Shown: positions 26,571 to 39,973, counted from the first letter of the stretch. The stretch is 64,000 bases of DNA from Octopus sinensis (GCF_006345805.1 NC_043012.1:58404001-58468000); one strand, 5' to 3'. Numbers and translations are program-made. Notes: generated by a model not told the origin, from the letters alone.

Positions 26571-26760
26571 AGTTGAAATTTACATAAAAGCAAAAGAAGA
26601 AAATAGGTCTGCAAACAACAAACATGTGTAATAGCTTGACGCTCGAGAATGTGAGGAAGTCTTTTACCTTTCGAGCCTACGCTCTTCGACAGAAAGGGAC
26701 ACGAGGAAATAAACAGAGAGAATTTTAAAAATCTTTGCGGCTTTAGCAGTCAATCATGGC
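26571..26760 (-). mobile_element. PLE-derived short unit, family A, with variant hammerhead at 26661-26696
   Basis: Reverse complement: cttt-CTGTCGA-a-gagc(gtag)gctc-GAA-aggt-a-aaag. Ends shared with 39150, 52457, 53411 and 54701; 3' end abuts (TA)n. Confidence 0.75.
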
Positions 26761-28388
26761 GACTCATACATTTATACATACACACATATGTATATATATT
26801 CATATATGTATGCATATGTATGTATATATGTACGTATGATTTATATATATATATATACATACATACATACATAATGGACATGCTGTATTTTGAAATTGAT
26901 AATATATTAGAAGGAGGCGAAAATTTTCCCGGGAGATGCTAGCGAGAGTACCAGGTGAATTTAGAACTTGTGACCTACCAATGACGTGTACTCGCAGGCA
27001 ACCAAATGCTTAAACTTGATTTGTCGCACTTATGTGTAGGAAAATGGGAGTGTTATTCACCGACATTATGAATAACCGCCCAGCTTTAAAAAATCCGGTA
27101 AATGTAATAAAAGCAGTATTAAATCGAAATAACCTCTGTGTATATAATGAATATAAATGCTTGAAATGCATCTGACGCTGGGAAGATTTTCGTTTACCGC
27201 TGGTTCATATTTTCTATGGATGAATACCGCAATAAATTGCCTTTCAATGGCTTATTTACATTAAGTAAGATGCATACAATGCTATTTAATTTTATGAATG
27301 AAAATTGTCTTTGTAGACTTTCTCGTGTCTACAAAATCTTTAATTCCTCTAAGCTTTAGTAACTCTTTAGTTACTGCTACGACCTTACTCAGTCACTTAT
27401 CCTTATTCCCCTAATCACTTTTTACAACTCTCCGTATAACTTAATTCATTTTCTTCCATATTCTTGCGATACCAATTTGTAAATACACTTTTCTATATTC
27501 ATTTCTCCATATTTTCTTATAATTCTCCTCACACATCTGTACTTCGATCCCATATTTGCCAAAGACAGCTGCTGTACCACAGCAAAGATTCTCACTTACT
27601 TGAGGTGAATATCAAATCTTTTAGATTCATTATATTTGCAAAAGTCATATATTCATAGACTCGAAGAGATTGTAGGCTATAAGTTCTAATGAAGTAATCT
27701 GATGCTCAGTCATTTGATATGATTGGGTACAGCGAAGGATACAGTTATCAGCAATGTATCATTTTTAGAATTCCTTTAATTTCAAATTAATATTTCCAGT
27801 CACGCTTTATGCAATGAAGAAAGGATTATCTCCCCTGTATTAGCTGTCATAACTAGAAAAATTACCTGCATTTAAAAGAGTCCAATTTTGATTTCACAAG
27901 ATTTCATTTTAAACTATTGACGTTGATCAATAGTTTTGAATAGGGGCTAGTTCAATAACGCAGCTGATTACAAACAAGAAATAAGAACTTGAAACAATAG
28001 TCCACACCTTCAATGAATATATCGGAAATAGTTTTTGGGGTTGTTTCCTGCTAAAACTGAAATTATTTGCTACTATAAAACATTTTGTCACAGTACAATT
28101 CCGCTAGAGTAAGCTATTATTGAGTATGTAAGAATTAAAAAAGGATTCTTTTTTTTTTTTTGCTCTTCATTCCTAAACTAATAACCTTCTGTGTAGAAAA
28201 GGAACAAAGCTGTTTGATGAATTTGTTCTATACGGCACGTGTTTCCACCTTTATTGCAATGTCTCATATCGTAAAATACCGTTTAATTCATAAGTTAATG
28301 CTTATAACAGCTGATGATTTCTGAAAAGAATGACATAGTGCTATGCATGACGACGGCTAAGTAGGTATTGTGAGAATTTCAAAGTAAG

Positions 28389-28783
28389 TACTCTTTTACT
28401 CTTTTACTTATTTCAGTCATTTGACTGCGGCCATGCTGGAGCACCGCCTTAAGTCGAGCAAATCGACCCCGGGACTTATTCTTTGTAAGCCCAGTACTTA
28501 TTCTATCGGTCTCTTTTGCCGAACCGCTATGTGACGGGGACGTAAACACACCAGCATCGGTTGTCAAGCAATGCTAGAGGGACAAACACATACACACACA
28601 TATATTTATATATACATATATACGACAGGCTTCTTTCAGTTTCCGTCTACCAAATCCACTCACAAGGCATTGGTCGGCCCGAGGCTATAGCAGAAGACAC
28701 TTGCCCAAGATGCCACGCAGTGGGACTGAACCCGGAACCATGTGGTTGGTTAGCAAGCTACTTACCACACAGCCACTTCTGCA
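28389..28783 (-). mobile_element. SINE family 1, full length
   Basis: (ctctttta)n tail, body, internal TA/CA microsatellite and tRNA-like head. Confidence 0.92.
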
Positions 28784-29039
28784 CAATACTTTAAATGCGT
28801 AAATTTCAAACATTTTTTCTTCGTAATTCCTTTCAGATTAGCTCTAAATTTCAGTTTTAGATTTATCCAAAATTTCAAAAGGACGTAACACACCAACATT
28901 TATTGTCAACAGGAGTTGTGTTCAAACTCATTTACAAAGACCCCCCCCTCCGCCACACACACACATTCGCACATGCATTTATACATATATCAGCATTGCC
29001 GCAGCTCTGAGCTGAAACAAAAAAAAAGAAAAAAAGATA

Positions 29040-29200
29040 CACGATGGGCTTCTTTCAGTTTCTGTTTACCAAATCTATTCACAACGATTTGGTTAGCCCA
29101 AGGGAATACTAGAAGGTACTCGCCCGATGTATCACGCAGTGGGACTGAACCCGGAACCATGTGGTTGGGAAGCAAACATTTTGCCACATATTCACACTTG
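29040..29200 (-). mobile_element. SINE family 1, 5' half
   Basis: gggcttctttcagtttctgtttaccaaat...gcagtgggactgaacccggaaccatgtggttgg. Confidence 0.8.
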
Positions 29201-29209
29201 CGTCAATCG

Positions 29210-29277
29210 CTTTCTCTCTCTCTCTCTCTTCCTCTCTCTGTATACATATATATTAACTCATGCATACATGCATATAT

Positions 29278-29319
<42 letters not shown>

Positions 29320-29334
29320 TGTGTGTATATATAA

Positions 29335-29368
<34 letters not shown>

Positions 29369-29459
29369 ATGTATATAAGTATATGTATATATATGTATAT
29401 ACATATATAGATATACATACATATATATATATATGTATATGTATATATATATAGTTATC

Positions 29460-29522
<63 letters not shown>

Positions 29523-29530
29523 TACATATA
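29210..29530. repeat. (CT)n/(TA)n microsatellite
   Basis: Direct reading. Confidence 0.9.
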
Positions 29531-30038
29531 TCATTAAATAAGATCATTAAATTTAGATGATTTCATCCTTAATTATGTATACATGCATATTCATACACTC
29601 AGGTTATTATGTTTACTGCGGTATTATTCTGATCAAATACGCATGTGGTTGAGATCAATAATAGTATTTAGCTTCGTATATACGCGTAAAAATATGCATG
29701 TATTCGTATTTATACGGGTCTATTTCTATGGGTATGTATATGCATTCTCATTTATGTACGTTCGGTATACCACGTAGAGTGTTTATTACTAAACCAGAAA
29801 TCTGAAGTTTTAGGGTTAACCATATTAATTTTACAAACTCATTCTATTCATTTTCCTCGCATTTAAACTGGTGCTAATGGAGTGCAAATTCAAAGTGGTT
29901 TATAGTCATTGGACGTCATCTCTAGCATATAGGTGCTGTTACTTCAGTACTCTTAATTACAATTATACCTAAATAATTATATATTTAAATACACACATTC
30001 ACATACATACACACACACACATTCATACATATAGATAT

Positions 30039-30210
30039 AGGCGTAGGAGTGGTTGTGTGGTAAGTAGCTTGCTTACGAACTACATGGTTCCGGGTTCAGT
30101 CCCTCTGATTGGCACTTTGGGTAAGTTTCTTCTACTATTGTCTCAAGCCGACCAAAACCTTGTGAGTGGATTTGGGAGACGGGCACTGAAAGAACCCCGT
30201 CGTATATATG

Positions 30211-30245
<35 letters not shown>

Positions 30246-30455
30246 ATATGTTTGTGTGTCTGTGTTTGTCTCCCCAACATCGCTCGACTGCCGATGCTGG
30301 TGTGTTTACAAACCTGTAACTTAGCGGTTCGGCAAAATAGACCGATAGAATAAGAACTACGCTTACAAAGAATAAGTCCTGGGGTCAATTTGCTCGACTA
30401 AAGGCGGTGCTATAGCATGGCCACAGTCAAATGACTGAAAGAAGTAAAGAGTAAA
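30039..30455 (+). mobile_element. SINE family 1, full length (reference copy)
   Basis: aggcgtaggagtggttgtgtggtaagtagc...ggttcagtccc...[TA/TG microsatellite]...gtcaaatgactgaaagaagtaaagagtaaa. Resembles reported octopus tRNA-derived SINEs, but the family name is not verified. Confidence 0.92.
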
Positions 30456-31311
30456 GGGTGTAGTTGATGCACCTACACACCTGGTAAAAATATAAATATT
30501 TGCTCAATGCGTGGTACAAATGAGAATGGTTCTACATTGTTGACCAACCTACACAAAACCTGTGATTTTAGATATAATGAATCAGAGCACTTTTTCTTCC
30601 GCCATCTGTGCGCGCGCATACGCAGACACATCCAAATAATTTACCACACGTTTCAATCAACATATACATGCATGCGTGAATTTCTGCATTGTATGGTGTT
30701 CGAGCGTGCATGCGTGTAAGTGTCTTTGTGCGTGTTTATGTGTGTTTATGTGTGTCTGCTCGCTGGATTCCACCCCCAAGGTCGTTTAATCCATACATCT
30801 GCTTTTCTCATCCCATACCAAATGTCAGCAAAGATAACCAAGTTTTATTGATTCCTAACTCTCTACAAATATTTTTCCTGCAAGCAAACACATCGCTTCT
30901 GATTAAAATTGGATCTGAAGCTTCTTCAGGGGAATGGCGTATAAAGAATTATAAAACAATTTGTTGTTATATCTATTGCTGCCAGGCCGTCTCAGTCGGC
31001 AATCAACAGCAAGCTGTAGAATCTTCCAAATTATGTTTCTGGTCAGTCTACGAATAAATCAAATTATCAAAACAAACCAATGTATGGCTAAAATTCAAAT
31101 TACAATTTCAACTTACAATTGCGATTATTAAACTATGAAAATGTGAATAGAATTTACAATTGAATTAAAAACATATTCAAGGAGTAATTAATTTAGCAAA
31201 GATCTCCATACTGCAAAATGACTTTTAAATAATTCCGAAGTTAAGTTGAAATTTTAATATAAATTTTAGCGATACGTTGTCTGATTCTTTTGTAATTCGA
31301 TTTTCACTCAG

Positions 31312-31398
31312 ACTAACCAGAAGCAGAATTCACAAGTTTCCGTTATTTATATAGACCGCCTACTGGCCTGGTATGGTCTGTTCTTTATTAATAAAGTG
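31312..31398 (+). CDS. Candidate isolated 87-nt symmetric exon (TNQKQNSQVSVIYIDRLLAWYGLFFINKV)
   Basis: Branch-like ctgat, pyrimidine tract and ...ttttcactcag acceptor; gtg|gtaagt donor; length divisible by 3 with one open frame. No homolog recognised. Confidence 0.35.
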
Positions 31399-31691
31399 GT
31401 AAGTCGGTTTCGCGTTCATTATTCGCTATGTCTCTCCCAGCTCTCTTTGTTTCTTTATGTATACACACACACAGACACACATATATTGTGAATGAGCTTA
31501 TATGTATAATTGTACACATATGTATGAGTATGTTATGATGTGCGTATATATATGTGTATCATGTTCAGAGAGAGTGACAGGGAAAGGAAGAGAGATACAG
31601 AGACAGTGACAGAGAGAGAGAGAGAGAGAGAGAGTGAGAGATACATTATGCATATATAAATGTATATTTAACTGCGTATATATATATATAC

Positions 31692-31740
<49 letters not shown>

Positions 31741-32169
31741 AATGTATGTGTGTGTGTGAAGTATTTGTCTCGTACACAGACATACAATTGTACAATCATA
31801 CGAGAACTTATCTTAGTGAAGCCATTACCTTATTATAAAAGCATTTATGACCTAATTACGTTAATCCATGAACTCAGTGTGTAGACTTACGTAACTCGAC
31901 ACTGGAATGCATTTAGGTCAACACTCGATATTTATACCATTCCACTACCACAAGTATTATGTAAAGACTTATAACATCAGACTTGCTGCAAATAGGCCTT
32001 TAAACTGTTCTTTTGCTTCCTGAGTGGCAAACGTTACTGATATACTGTTAATTAAAGGCATAATCATTTCATAGTATTGCGAACTGAGAAGTGCATATAA
32101 CCTTTGCTAGATCCCCCATACTAGCGAAACGGATAAGATTCGGGAGGAGGAAATGCTTTGCAAGAAGTT

Positions 32170-32960
32170 GTGAGCTGTGAGAGCATTGGAAGCGGGTACA
32201 CTTTAGGAAAGAGGTCACTTGGCAACGTGTTTAGCACGGGTAGTGGTGAGTTATAAATGGGAGAAAAAATACGAGCGTGTGCCATGACGGTGGTCGCCGG
32301 CGTCGGCCGCGGCAACGCGCCGAAGCGATGATGCCGGGATAACGAGCAGAAGAGCCGAGACGACGTCGTTTCCATCGCACGGCAGCGGCAGCCAGCTAGC
32401 CAACTCTTTGCTCGCTCCGAACGACGCTGCTAATCGCTTGCTTCCCAGTTTACTTACTGCTCGCTACTAACTACTCAATGCACTTCCGCCGTTTGCCCGC
32501 GTTTCGTCCAACGCGTGTCTTCTTTGCAACTAACTCGGAGCAGAGGCCGCGTTCGTGCGCCGACCGGGCACACGCACTCATGCTCGATACCGCTGACGAC
32601 GACAAACTCATAAGCCGTCCACCGCCGCCTCAGCCGCGTGCGTAACACTCGGACATATGCACTCGTAGTCGATATCGCCGCCGCCGAGACGACGGCCTTT
32701 CGATCGCACCACCGGTCGCCGGTCAGAATGTCGAATGAGAGAGGCTTTGACTGAATGGTATTTATTAAGGGAGAATTCTGAACACCCCTACGCAGCTGAA
32801 GGTGGACTCACCTATTACAATAAATAAGAACTGAGCGAACTGTCAGGGGGTAGCTGACGGTGTTAGTTCAGCCATGTTGATTTACCGTGTTAGTTCGGCG
32901 TGTGTTGGTTTAACACTCGGTAGTTGAACACTAATTACCGAGTATCGTATTGACGTTCAA
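32170..32960. other. CpG-rich, high-GC island of unknown origin (young TE/LTR/5'UTR or promoter)
   Basis: Abrupt GC and CpG enrichment at ~32260-32730 in AT-rich DNA; TATA-like ttataaa near 32253; AATAAA on both strands near 32762-32824; adjoining hairpins. Confidence 0.5.
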
Positions 32961-35900
32961 ACAGTACGGTGTGCATTCTGTGTTAAAGTATATTTCTGCG
33001 ATAGATTATTTTCAGATAACCACAACCAACTATTTACTTGCGTAATAGCATTTTACACCAGACGTGTATAGCCACGTCATAACAGTTATGAAGTGAACTA
33101 TTTTGAAGCACATTTAGAAAGGACGGAAGAAGGAGAAGAGAAAATATGTAGTTCATCTGAACCACCGAACACAGCTTGTTTTTGCTGAATGAATGTTTTT
33201 ATGGCACATGGATAGGTATGTACTTCGACGATGTTTGTAGTCTAGCAATTTTGTAGGAGTAGCATTACCACTGATTTAGAGATTTAGAGAAGTATCTTAC
33301 ATTTGAGGCCTGCGTGTCACAAACTAACCAGAGTGGAAGCATTTTCTTATCTCTAATAGAAATCGTAGCCTTTGAAACGTAGTGTTGATGTGTGAATCAG
33401 TGTAAGTAATTATTGCTCTCAGCAACAACATTGAAGTTTTCCAATTTTGTATTGTTTCTGTAAACAACAGGCGTAGTACGAGAGAATTATTACCTATACA
33501 TACATAAATACATACATACATACAGGCACGCAAGCACGCACGTACACAGACACACAAACACATATATACACACGTATGTATGTCTTGCAATACGTATACA
33601 TAAAATCAAAATATGTAGTCATGTACTCTTTGAAGATGTTTGCAATATTTATGCTCATGGAAGCGGCGCAGCTTCGGATGAAGTATTTACGTTATGCATA
33701 GGAAAAGCTTACATTCGGAAAAGTTAAAGAGGAGTTATGGTTGCTATCATCTCCAAAAGAATGTTTTGTATTACAGATGCTAACATAATATTCATGAAAC
33801 CTGAGAAGAAAGAGTATATGAAGAGAAAATCACCAAACTTTGAAGAGGATTCCAGGGTTGTTGATGTGTATGGTCAAATAGTCACATACTAATGCAAGCT
33901 GCAATAGACCTATCTGCCCTAAAAACACTGCACCCAGAAATGAAACGAAGAGTTTTCTGTGCAAGATATAAAGGGGTTTGAAGTAACCAGGCTGCTCTCT
34001 CCAAAAGATTTCAGCGTAAATGTTAGTAACGTAAAATTGTATGTTAGCAGTATATCTTCGTCTACAAAACCATTCATAATGGTAAGAAAGGGAGAGAGAA
34101 AGGAGTGAGTAAGTGAGAGAGAGAGGGGGAGGGGGGGGGAGACAGAGAGAAATAGAGGGAGACAGAGAGAGGGAGGGAGAGATTCAAACGGTTAAAGTGC
34201 GTCTTTAGTTTTTACTTGAACAATATCTGAATCGTTAAAGCTAGAATTTTGGTATGAGTTATATAGAGTAAGGGTAGATAAAGGATGAAGACTTGACGAG
34301 GTGAAGTGATAGGTCTGGCGCTCTGGTGTGTGCTATTTGAGAGTAATGTAATGACTACCAGCGGGGACCAAGTCAGGTTGTAATGATTCCGTCAGGTATG
34401 TTTTTTTTTCCTTCACGGTTGTACGCGGGTAATGGTAAAATATCTGACGTAGATACAGAAGATTTGTGAAGAGTTTCGTGCGGGTTGAGGAGTTTTATAC
34501 AAACGAGCAAAACATGTAGTGGAATTTCCAAGAAAAAGGATGACAGGTGTATTACTTTCAGTCGTCTCACGACCTACATAATGTGAATACTGACGTGAGT
34601 AATTTATACCTTTATGTTAAAAAGGATTTACAAAAGACTATGTAACAGGCTTAAATTAGTAACATTGTATAACAGAATTGAAATGTGTGGGTCAGAGCAT
34701 CATACACTGATGAAAGTTGTAAGAGATCTGTCTATGAAACGCCTATAGCCAGAGATGAAAAACTGATGGATTCCATGGTTAGTAAACTTCCAAAGAAATT
34801 TTAATGCCAGATACAATCAAAAGCTTTTCTGAAGTTAACGGATTTTAAGGCAAGAAGAAGTATCAAAATATATGTTCTAATTAAAGTTATTTGAACATAT
34901 TATTATGATGTATGTTGAAATGTAACATAACAGTTATGTTAAAGGTTTTACATAAAAACCAAAAAAGAAAGGACATAAAAAATTGATCACATGTATGATA
35001 CTAAGATACGGCCATGTATGTGATTGATATCAGGTGAGAATGTTCCTGGTATTAAATTAAACAAGTGTGTATGCGATAGCTTTAAAAGCTGATTTCAGTT
35101 TTATTATCGACATTAATGTCTTGAATTTACAAAGCTAACAAGGAATCTTGATAAATGATAGAAAAATAAAGCAAGTTAAAAAATAAACACATAAATATTA
35201 TACCATGAGATTTAGAAAAACTGTAAATTCTATGTAAGATATACATGAGCACATTACAAAAGTGCACAAAATTCCATATCTTTTCAGGAAAATATGATTT
35301 TTCGGAATATTTTTTTTCTGTATAGGAAAATTCCCAGAATTCACATTCTTGCAAATAAAACAGATATTTGAAAACTCTTGACCTTTTGATCAAGATAAGG
35401 GACTACGTAATAGCATTTGAGAAACACTTAAAGCGTATGATTAACTTTTCACGCTATTGGTTTTCTGCTGCGGATGCAAAATCACTTCCGTTTCACTTGA
35501 GCACTTGAGAACATAATCAAACACGCTCTCTCACTTTCTTCTCGCTCTTACTCGGAATGTTTCCTTCACCTGAGTGACTAAAACTATTTGCTGAAGGTTA
35601 ACCAGCTTCTTTAAACAAGAAAGCAATCATGGATATTATTTCATTGAGCTATCTCCTAGTTCAAAAAATTTACAGCATATACTTTCAAGCATATTTAGCA
35701 AAATTTGTGTTATAAAAAAAAATACAATTATAAGAATAAAATAAAAGTACTAAAATTAAATTTGAAAACAAACTCGAAAGAAAATAAATATATAAATGTA
35801 CAAATAAACAATTGAATATTCTAAACATAAGCTGTACAACAAATAAAACCAATTTACAGTAGTCCCAAGGAAAGTGTCGGTTTTTGGCAGCCATTTTTAA

Positions 35901-36413
35901 ACAAAATAACGTGGACACATTTTTATTTAAAAATTAATTAGTATCTATCGCAGAAGGATCAATCAATAATATTTTCGAGATGGAGAGATTTCAGTTGGAT
36001 CATTGATAACAAATTCAAGGGAAGAAATCAATAAATTTTAATTAGTTTTCAGCGAGAAAAGGAAAAATGCAAGCAAGTTTAAATTCCTAAGAAAAGAGTT
36101 TTTAGCAGCCGTATTCTTTTAATTCAACAAATATCAAATACCAGTTTTAAGCTTCAACATTTAGCGGAAACTTCTGATGAAGTTAAATATTCGTGGGAAA
36201 GAAGGGTAGTAGTCAAAAGTTTTGCACCTATTTATTTGAAAATAAATAATTAATAAATAAATGAATAAATAAAAATTCGTTTTACGTTTTTCACTGTATT
36301 CAAAACGGAGCTAAAATGGAGACTTCGTGGTATTTAAAACTGCTGGAAATACCAATTAAATCATGCTTCGAATCTATTTTCAAACAACAGTCTAAAATTT
36401 CAAAAAAGCTAAA

Positions 36414-37050
36414 GGTTAGTTAGTTGGTTAGTTAATTTGACTCAAAAGCAAATAGTAAGGCCATGTAGGGGGACATGGAGTTAAGTACAGGGTGGTGTTC
36501 ATGTAAAGAGTTCAGGCCACTTGAGGTCCAGGGAGGCTTTGAACAAAGCTGTCGTCGGCATCTTCACCATCTCGTCTGGCAGCTTGTTCCACGGATCCGC
36601 AACCCGGACGGAGAAAGCTCCTCTCCTTCGATTGAGATGAAATCGTCGCAGGTAGAGCTTTTCGGAATGACCCCGCAGCCGACGCTCTGGAGCAGGAGTG
36701 AAGAACAGCTCTTTCGAGAGGTTACACTTTCCGCTTATGATGTTGTGGACGAGAATGGGATCACCACGGCGGCGGCGTTTTTCAAGAGAATAAAGGTTGA
36801 GCGTCCTCAGCCTTTCTTCGTAGGACAAACTTTTGAGACCATGAACCATGCGGGTAGCCAGCTTCTGGACTCTTTCGAGATGCAGTATGTCTTTGAGGAG
36901 ATAAGGAGAAGAGGCTTGAATCCCATACTCCAATATGGGTCTCACCAGGTATATAAAATGACATTGTTGTGTTCCGTATAAAGCCGGGATGGTCATTGTA
37001 GGAGTGCCGTTGAACTTCTTGGCAATGAGACTAACAACATGCATGAATCT
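36414..37050 (-). mobile_element. 5'-truncated CR1-like LINE (RT C-terminus, 3'UTR, (AACT)n tail)
   Basis: ORF 36499-37044: LVRPILEY...LERVQKLATRMVHGL..LSYEERL..LNLYSLEKRR.RGD...RGH..KL...FS.RV...WN.LP...FK..LD..W. 3'UTR hairpin ccatgt-cccccT-acatgg, followed by (aact)n. Confidence 0.92.
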
Positions 37051-38328
37051 ATAATTTCGTGTGGGTGCTGGCCTTTACATCAGACGTGATGGTGTAAGTG
37101 AAATAAAGTAACTTAAACGTCACTTGGACGTTTGACTCCTCCGCTACTCTATGGCGCTTACAACAAAATAAATGTGGACTCTACAAGGCAATGTTAATAT
37201 CCAACTTAACGTGGATGTCTTATTAGAACGCCGAATACGGCAATATTAGCCTCAAGAGAACATATCATATAGGCATGTGGTGTATAAACGCAGACACATG
37301 GATAGTAACCAAAAAGACAGGTAGAATAAGTTCCAAAGTTTAATAAAATGGAGTCAGTCTGTTCAACTAAAAAGCTCCTCAGACTTGCGCCAAAGCATAA
37401 CTATAGTTCACTTACTGAATAAGTAAAAGGTAAACGTTATTACTAAGCACATCACCTTCTTACCACATATAAATAGAATGCGTTTAGAACAATGTGTTCA
37501 ATTTTTACCCCCAAAACAAGGTCCGAGCAAAAGAAGGGAAAGTTTACTGCTAGTTGTAAGAAGTGATACATAAATATAACAATAGAGAGTAAAGAAAGAT
37601 TTCATGTTTAGCCTAGAATTATCAAATTGAATATTAAAAAATGGTACAGTTGTAGGAAAATTGTTAAGATTTAAGTTGTAAGGAAACGAACGTTCGTAAT
37701 GTTAAAACTTTTTGTGCTTGAAATATGCAGTGTTTCCGTTTCATTGCTTCTGATTGCCACTCAGCTATCTGTCAGCTATTTCAGCTTGTGTATACAGATG
37801 TTCATTCATAAAAGATGTGTATAGGCTAGATATCAAGTATTGGGATTGTCAACTGAGCAAAGTACTGTGTGAATAAATTGACAGATGAGTCTTGAATGGT
37901 TGCATTAACATAGGAATAATTACAGTTAATATAAAGAAGGAAAGTTTTAATAACAATAAACGACCCCGAAGCACTTCCGACGTAATGCATTCTGAGAAGG
38001 AACCTGCTGTCAGAAAGATTCCGTTTGGGTTTATTAGGAATTTATAAATAATGAAGGAGCAATTAGATGGGGCAGCTTAAACAGTCTCATACGAGACACA
38101 GGCAAAAGTTTGATTATGTGGAAAGAAACAGCTTTGATTTGCCCAAATTTGCTCATGATTACGGACAGCTGATGTATGACGTAAAAGAAAAGTTTGTCAG
38201 CAGGACTAGTGTCATGGAAGTAATATCTGAAAGTTGCTGAATAGAGATGTAGAAAGTATGCGGAGCATGCAATAAGGATTATAAAAATTTCTGTTGTATT
38301 AGGTAAATATGTTATTGTTGTTGATTTT

Positions 38329-38490
38329 AGCGGCAAGCTGGCAGAATCGTTAGCACGTTTGACAAAATTCATAGCAGCATCTCTTCCGTTAAGAATTTTT
38401 TCAGAGTTCAGATCCATCCATGGTTAATTTAAACTTTCATCTCTTCGAGGTCAATAAAATGAAAAATCAGGGAAATACTGAGGGCAATGT
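38329..38490 (+). mobile_element. SINE family 3
   Basis: gcggcaagctggcagaatcgttagcacg...tcagagttcagatcc...ctttcatctcttcgaggtcaataaaat. Confidence 0.7.
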
Positions 38491-39048
38491 ATTACATTTG
38501 GCCTCTCTCCTCACAATTTCTGGCCTTGGCCACTCCAACGGACCAACGCCCTGTTCAGGAGGAATGCTGTGATCTCGGTCATTTATACGCCATGTAAACC
38601 GGGTACTCAGACTTGGGTGTCCTAGAGTTCACAAAAACAACGATGTTAGAGAGCAAGCATATCATGAAATACATTCCAACGTGTCCACAGCATTTCTAAG
38701 GAATAATGCATCTCTAATTTGGTTATCTCATCATTATTTTGTTTTAAAATATAATACGCTCTAGTGTAATGTAAAAGATATTTAGCAGCTATTCGTAACC
38801 GGGTCGACTGGCTTCTTTGTTGACTCTCTTTAGATATATATTGAATTCGAAAAACAAATAATCATTATCGATTTCTGTGTTTATATATGATATGATTTCA
38901 AGGAGTAGGTTGTGAGCGATATATTTATATTTCAGACGAAGCCTTACATTCAATAGCGTTTTTCGAAACGATTTATTCAGTATAAACGTGTCGTTCCTCG
39001 CCAAACGTAAAATTCACACGAGTATTTCTAATAAAGTGGTGTATATAT

Positions 39049-39079
<31 letters not shown>

Positions 39080-39149
39080 GCATGCATGTATACATGTATA
39101 TGCACACATACACACAAACACACACACACAAACACAAACACATACACGT

Positions 39150-39327
39150 CATGATCGACCGAGAGCCAGTAAAGCTTTGTTTATTCTCGCTCTTTATTTT
39201 CTCGTGTTTCCTTCTGTTAAAGAGCGTAGGCTGGAAACGTAAAAGTCTCTCTCACCTACCCGAGCGTTAAACTAATACACCTATTTGTTGTTTACACACC
39301 TGCCTTCGCCTGTTCTTTGTAAATTCC
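39150..39327 (+). mobile_element. PLE-derived short unit, family A, with degenerate hammerhead at 39210-39245
   Basis: cctt-CTGTTAA-a-gagc(gtag)gctg-GAA-ACGT-A-aaag; 3' end runs into (TA)n. Confidence 0.75.
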
Positions 39328-39499
39328 ATATATATATATATATATACATACATATATAAATATAGTTACACACATATGTAAATATAGTTACACACACACA
39401 CGCATATATATTATATCGATCTAAATATCAATCTAGATGGATAGACAGATATATGCGTGTGTGTGAATACGCACGCATATACATACATATACATATATA

Positions 39500-39538
<39 letters not shown>

Positions 39539-39905
39539 TATATGTAAAGAAATTGGTGAAATCGACAGACAGATATTAATTTTTTAACAAAAATCTAATT
39601 ACAAACAGTATCAATTTCTTATAATCTACAATTGTTTCTATATTCTATTAATTGAAATTACAAATAATTAAATTATAGATACATTTCGAATACACTAAAT
39701 TGAGCATGTCATAAGGGTAAGAAATCAACACAAAAAGGAATAATATCCCAATGGATTGAGGGGTCATTGTCATACTCAGTATATCAACATTCCGGGTAAC
39801 TTAGACGCTAATATCCCTTTAAGAGGTATATATCTTTATAATAATAAATATTTAAATCTATCTATCTCTCTATCTATATAAATATATATATATATACATA
39901 CATGA

Positions 39906-39973
<68 letters not shown>

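Noticed and set aside
30830-30890. Possible 59-nt minus-strand exon (KNICRELGINKTWLSLLTF)
   Set aside because: Splice signals are only moderate, and it has no partner exon or homology.
33777-33893. Acceptor plus a 38-codon frame (ANIIFMKPEKKEY...)
   Set aside because: Its phase is incompatible with the 31312 exon candidate and no homolog was recognised.
38067-38240. 57-aa ATG ORF (MGQLKQSHTRHRQKFDYVERNSF...)
   Set aside because: Short, with a weak acceptor context and no recognisable motif.
38925-38975. cagacgaagcc...cgaaac, hammerhead-like spacing
   Set aside because: Stems I-III cannot be formed; too degenerate to support.
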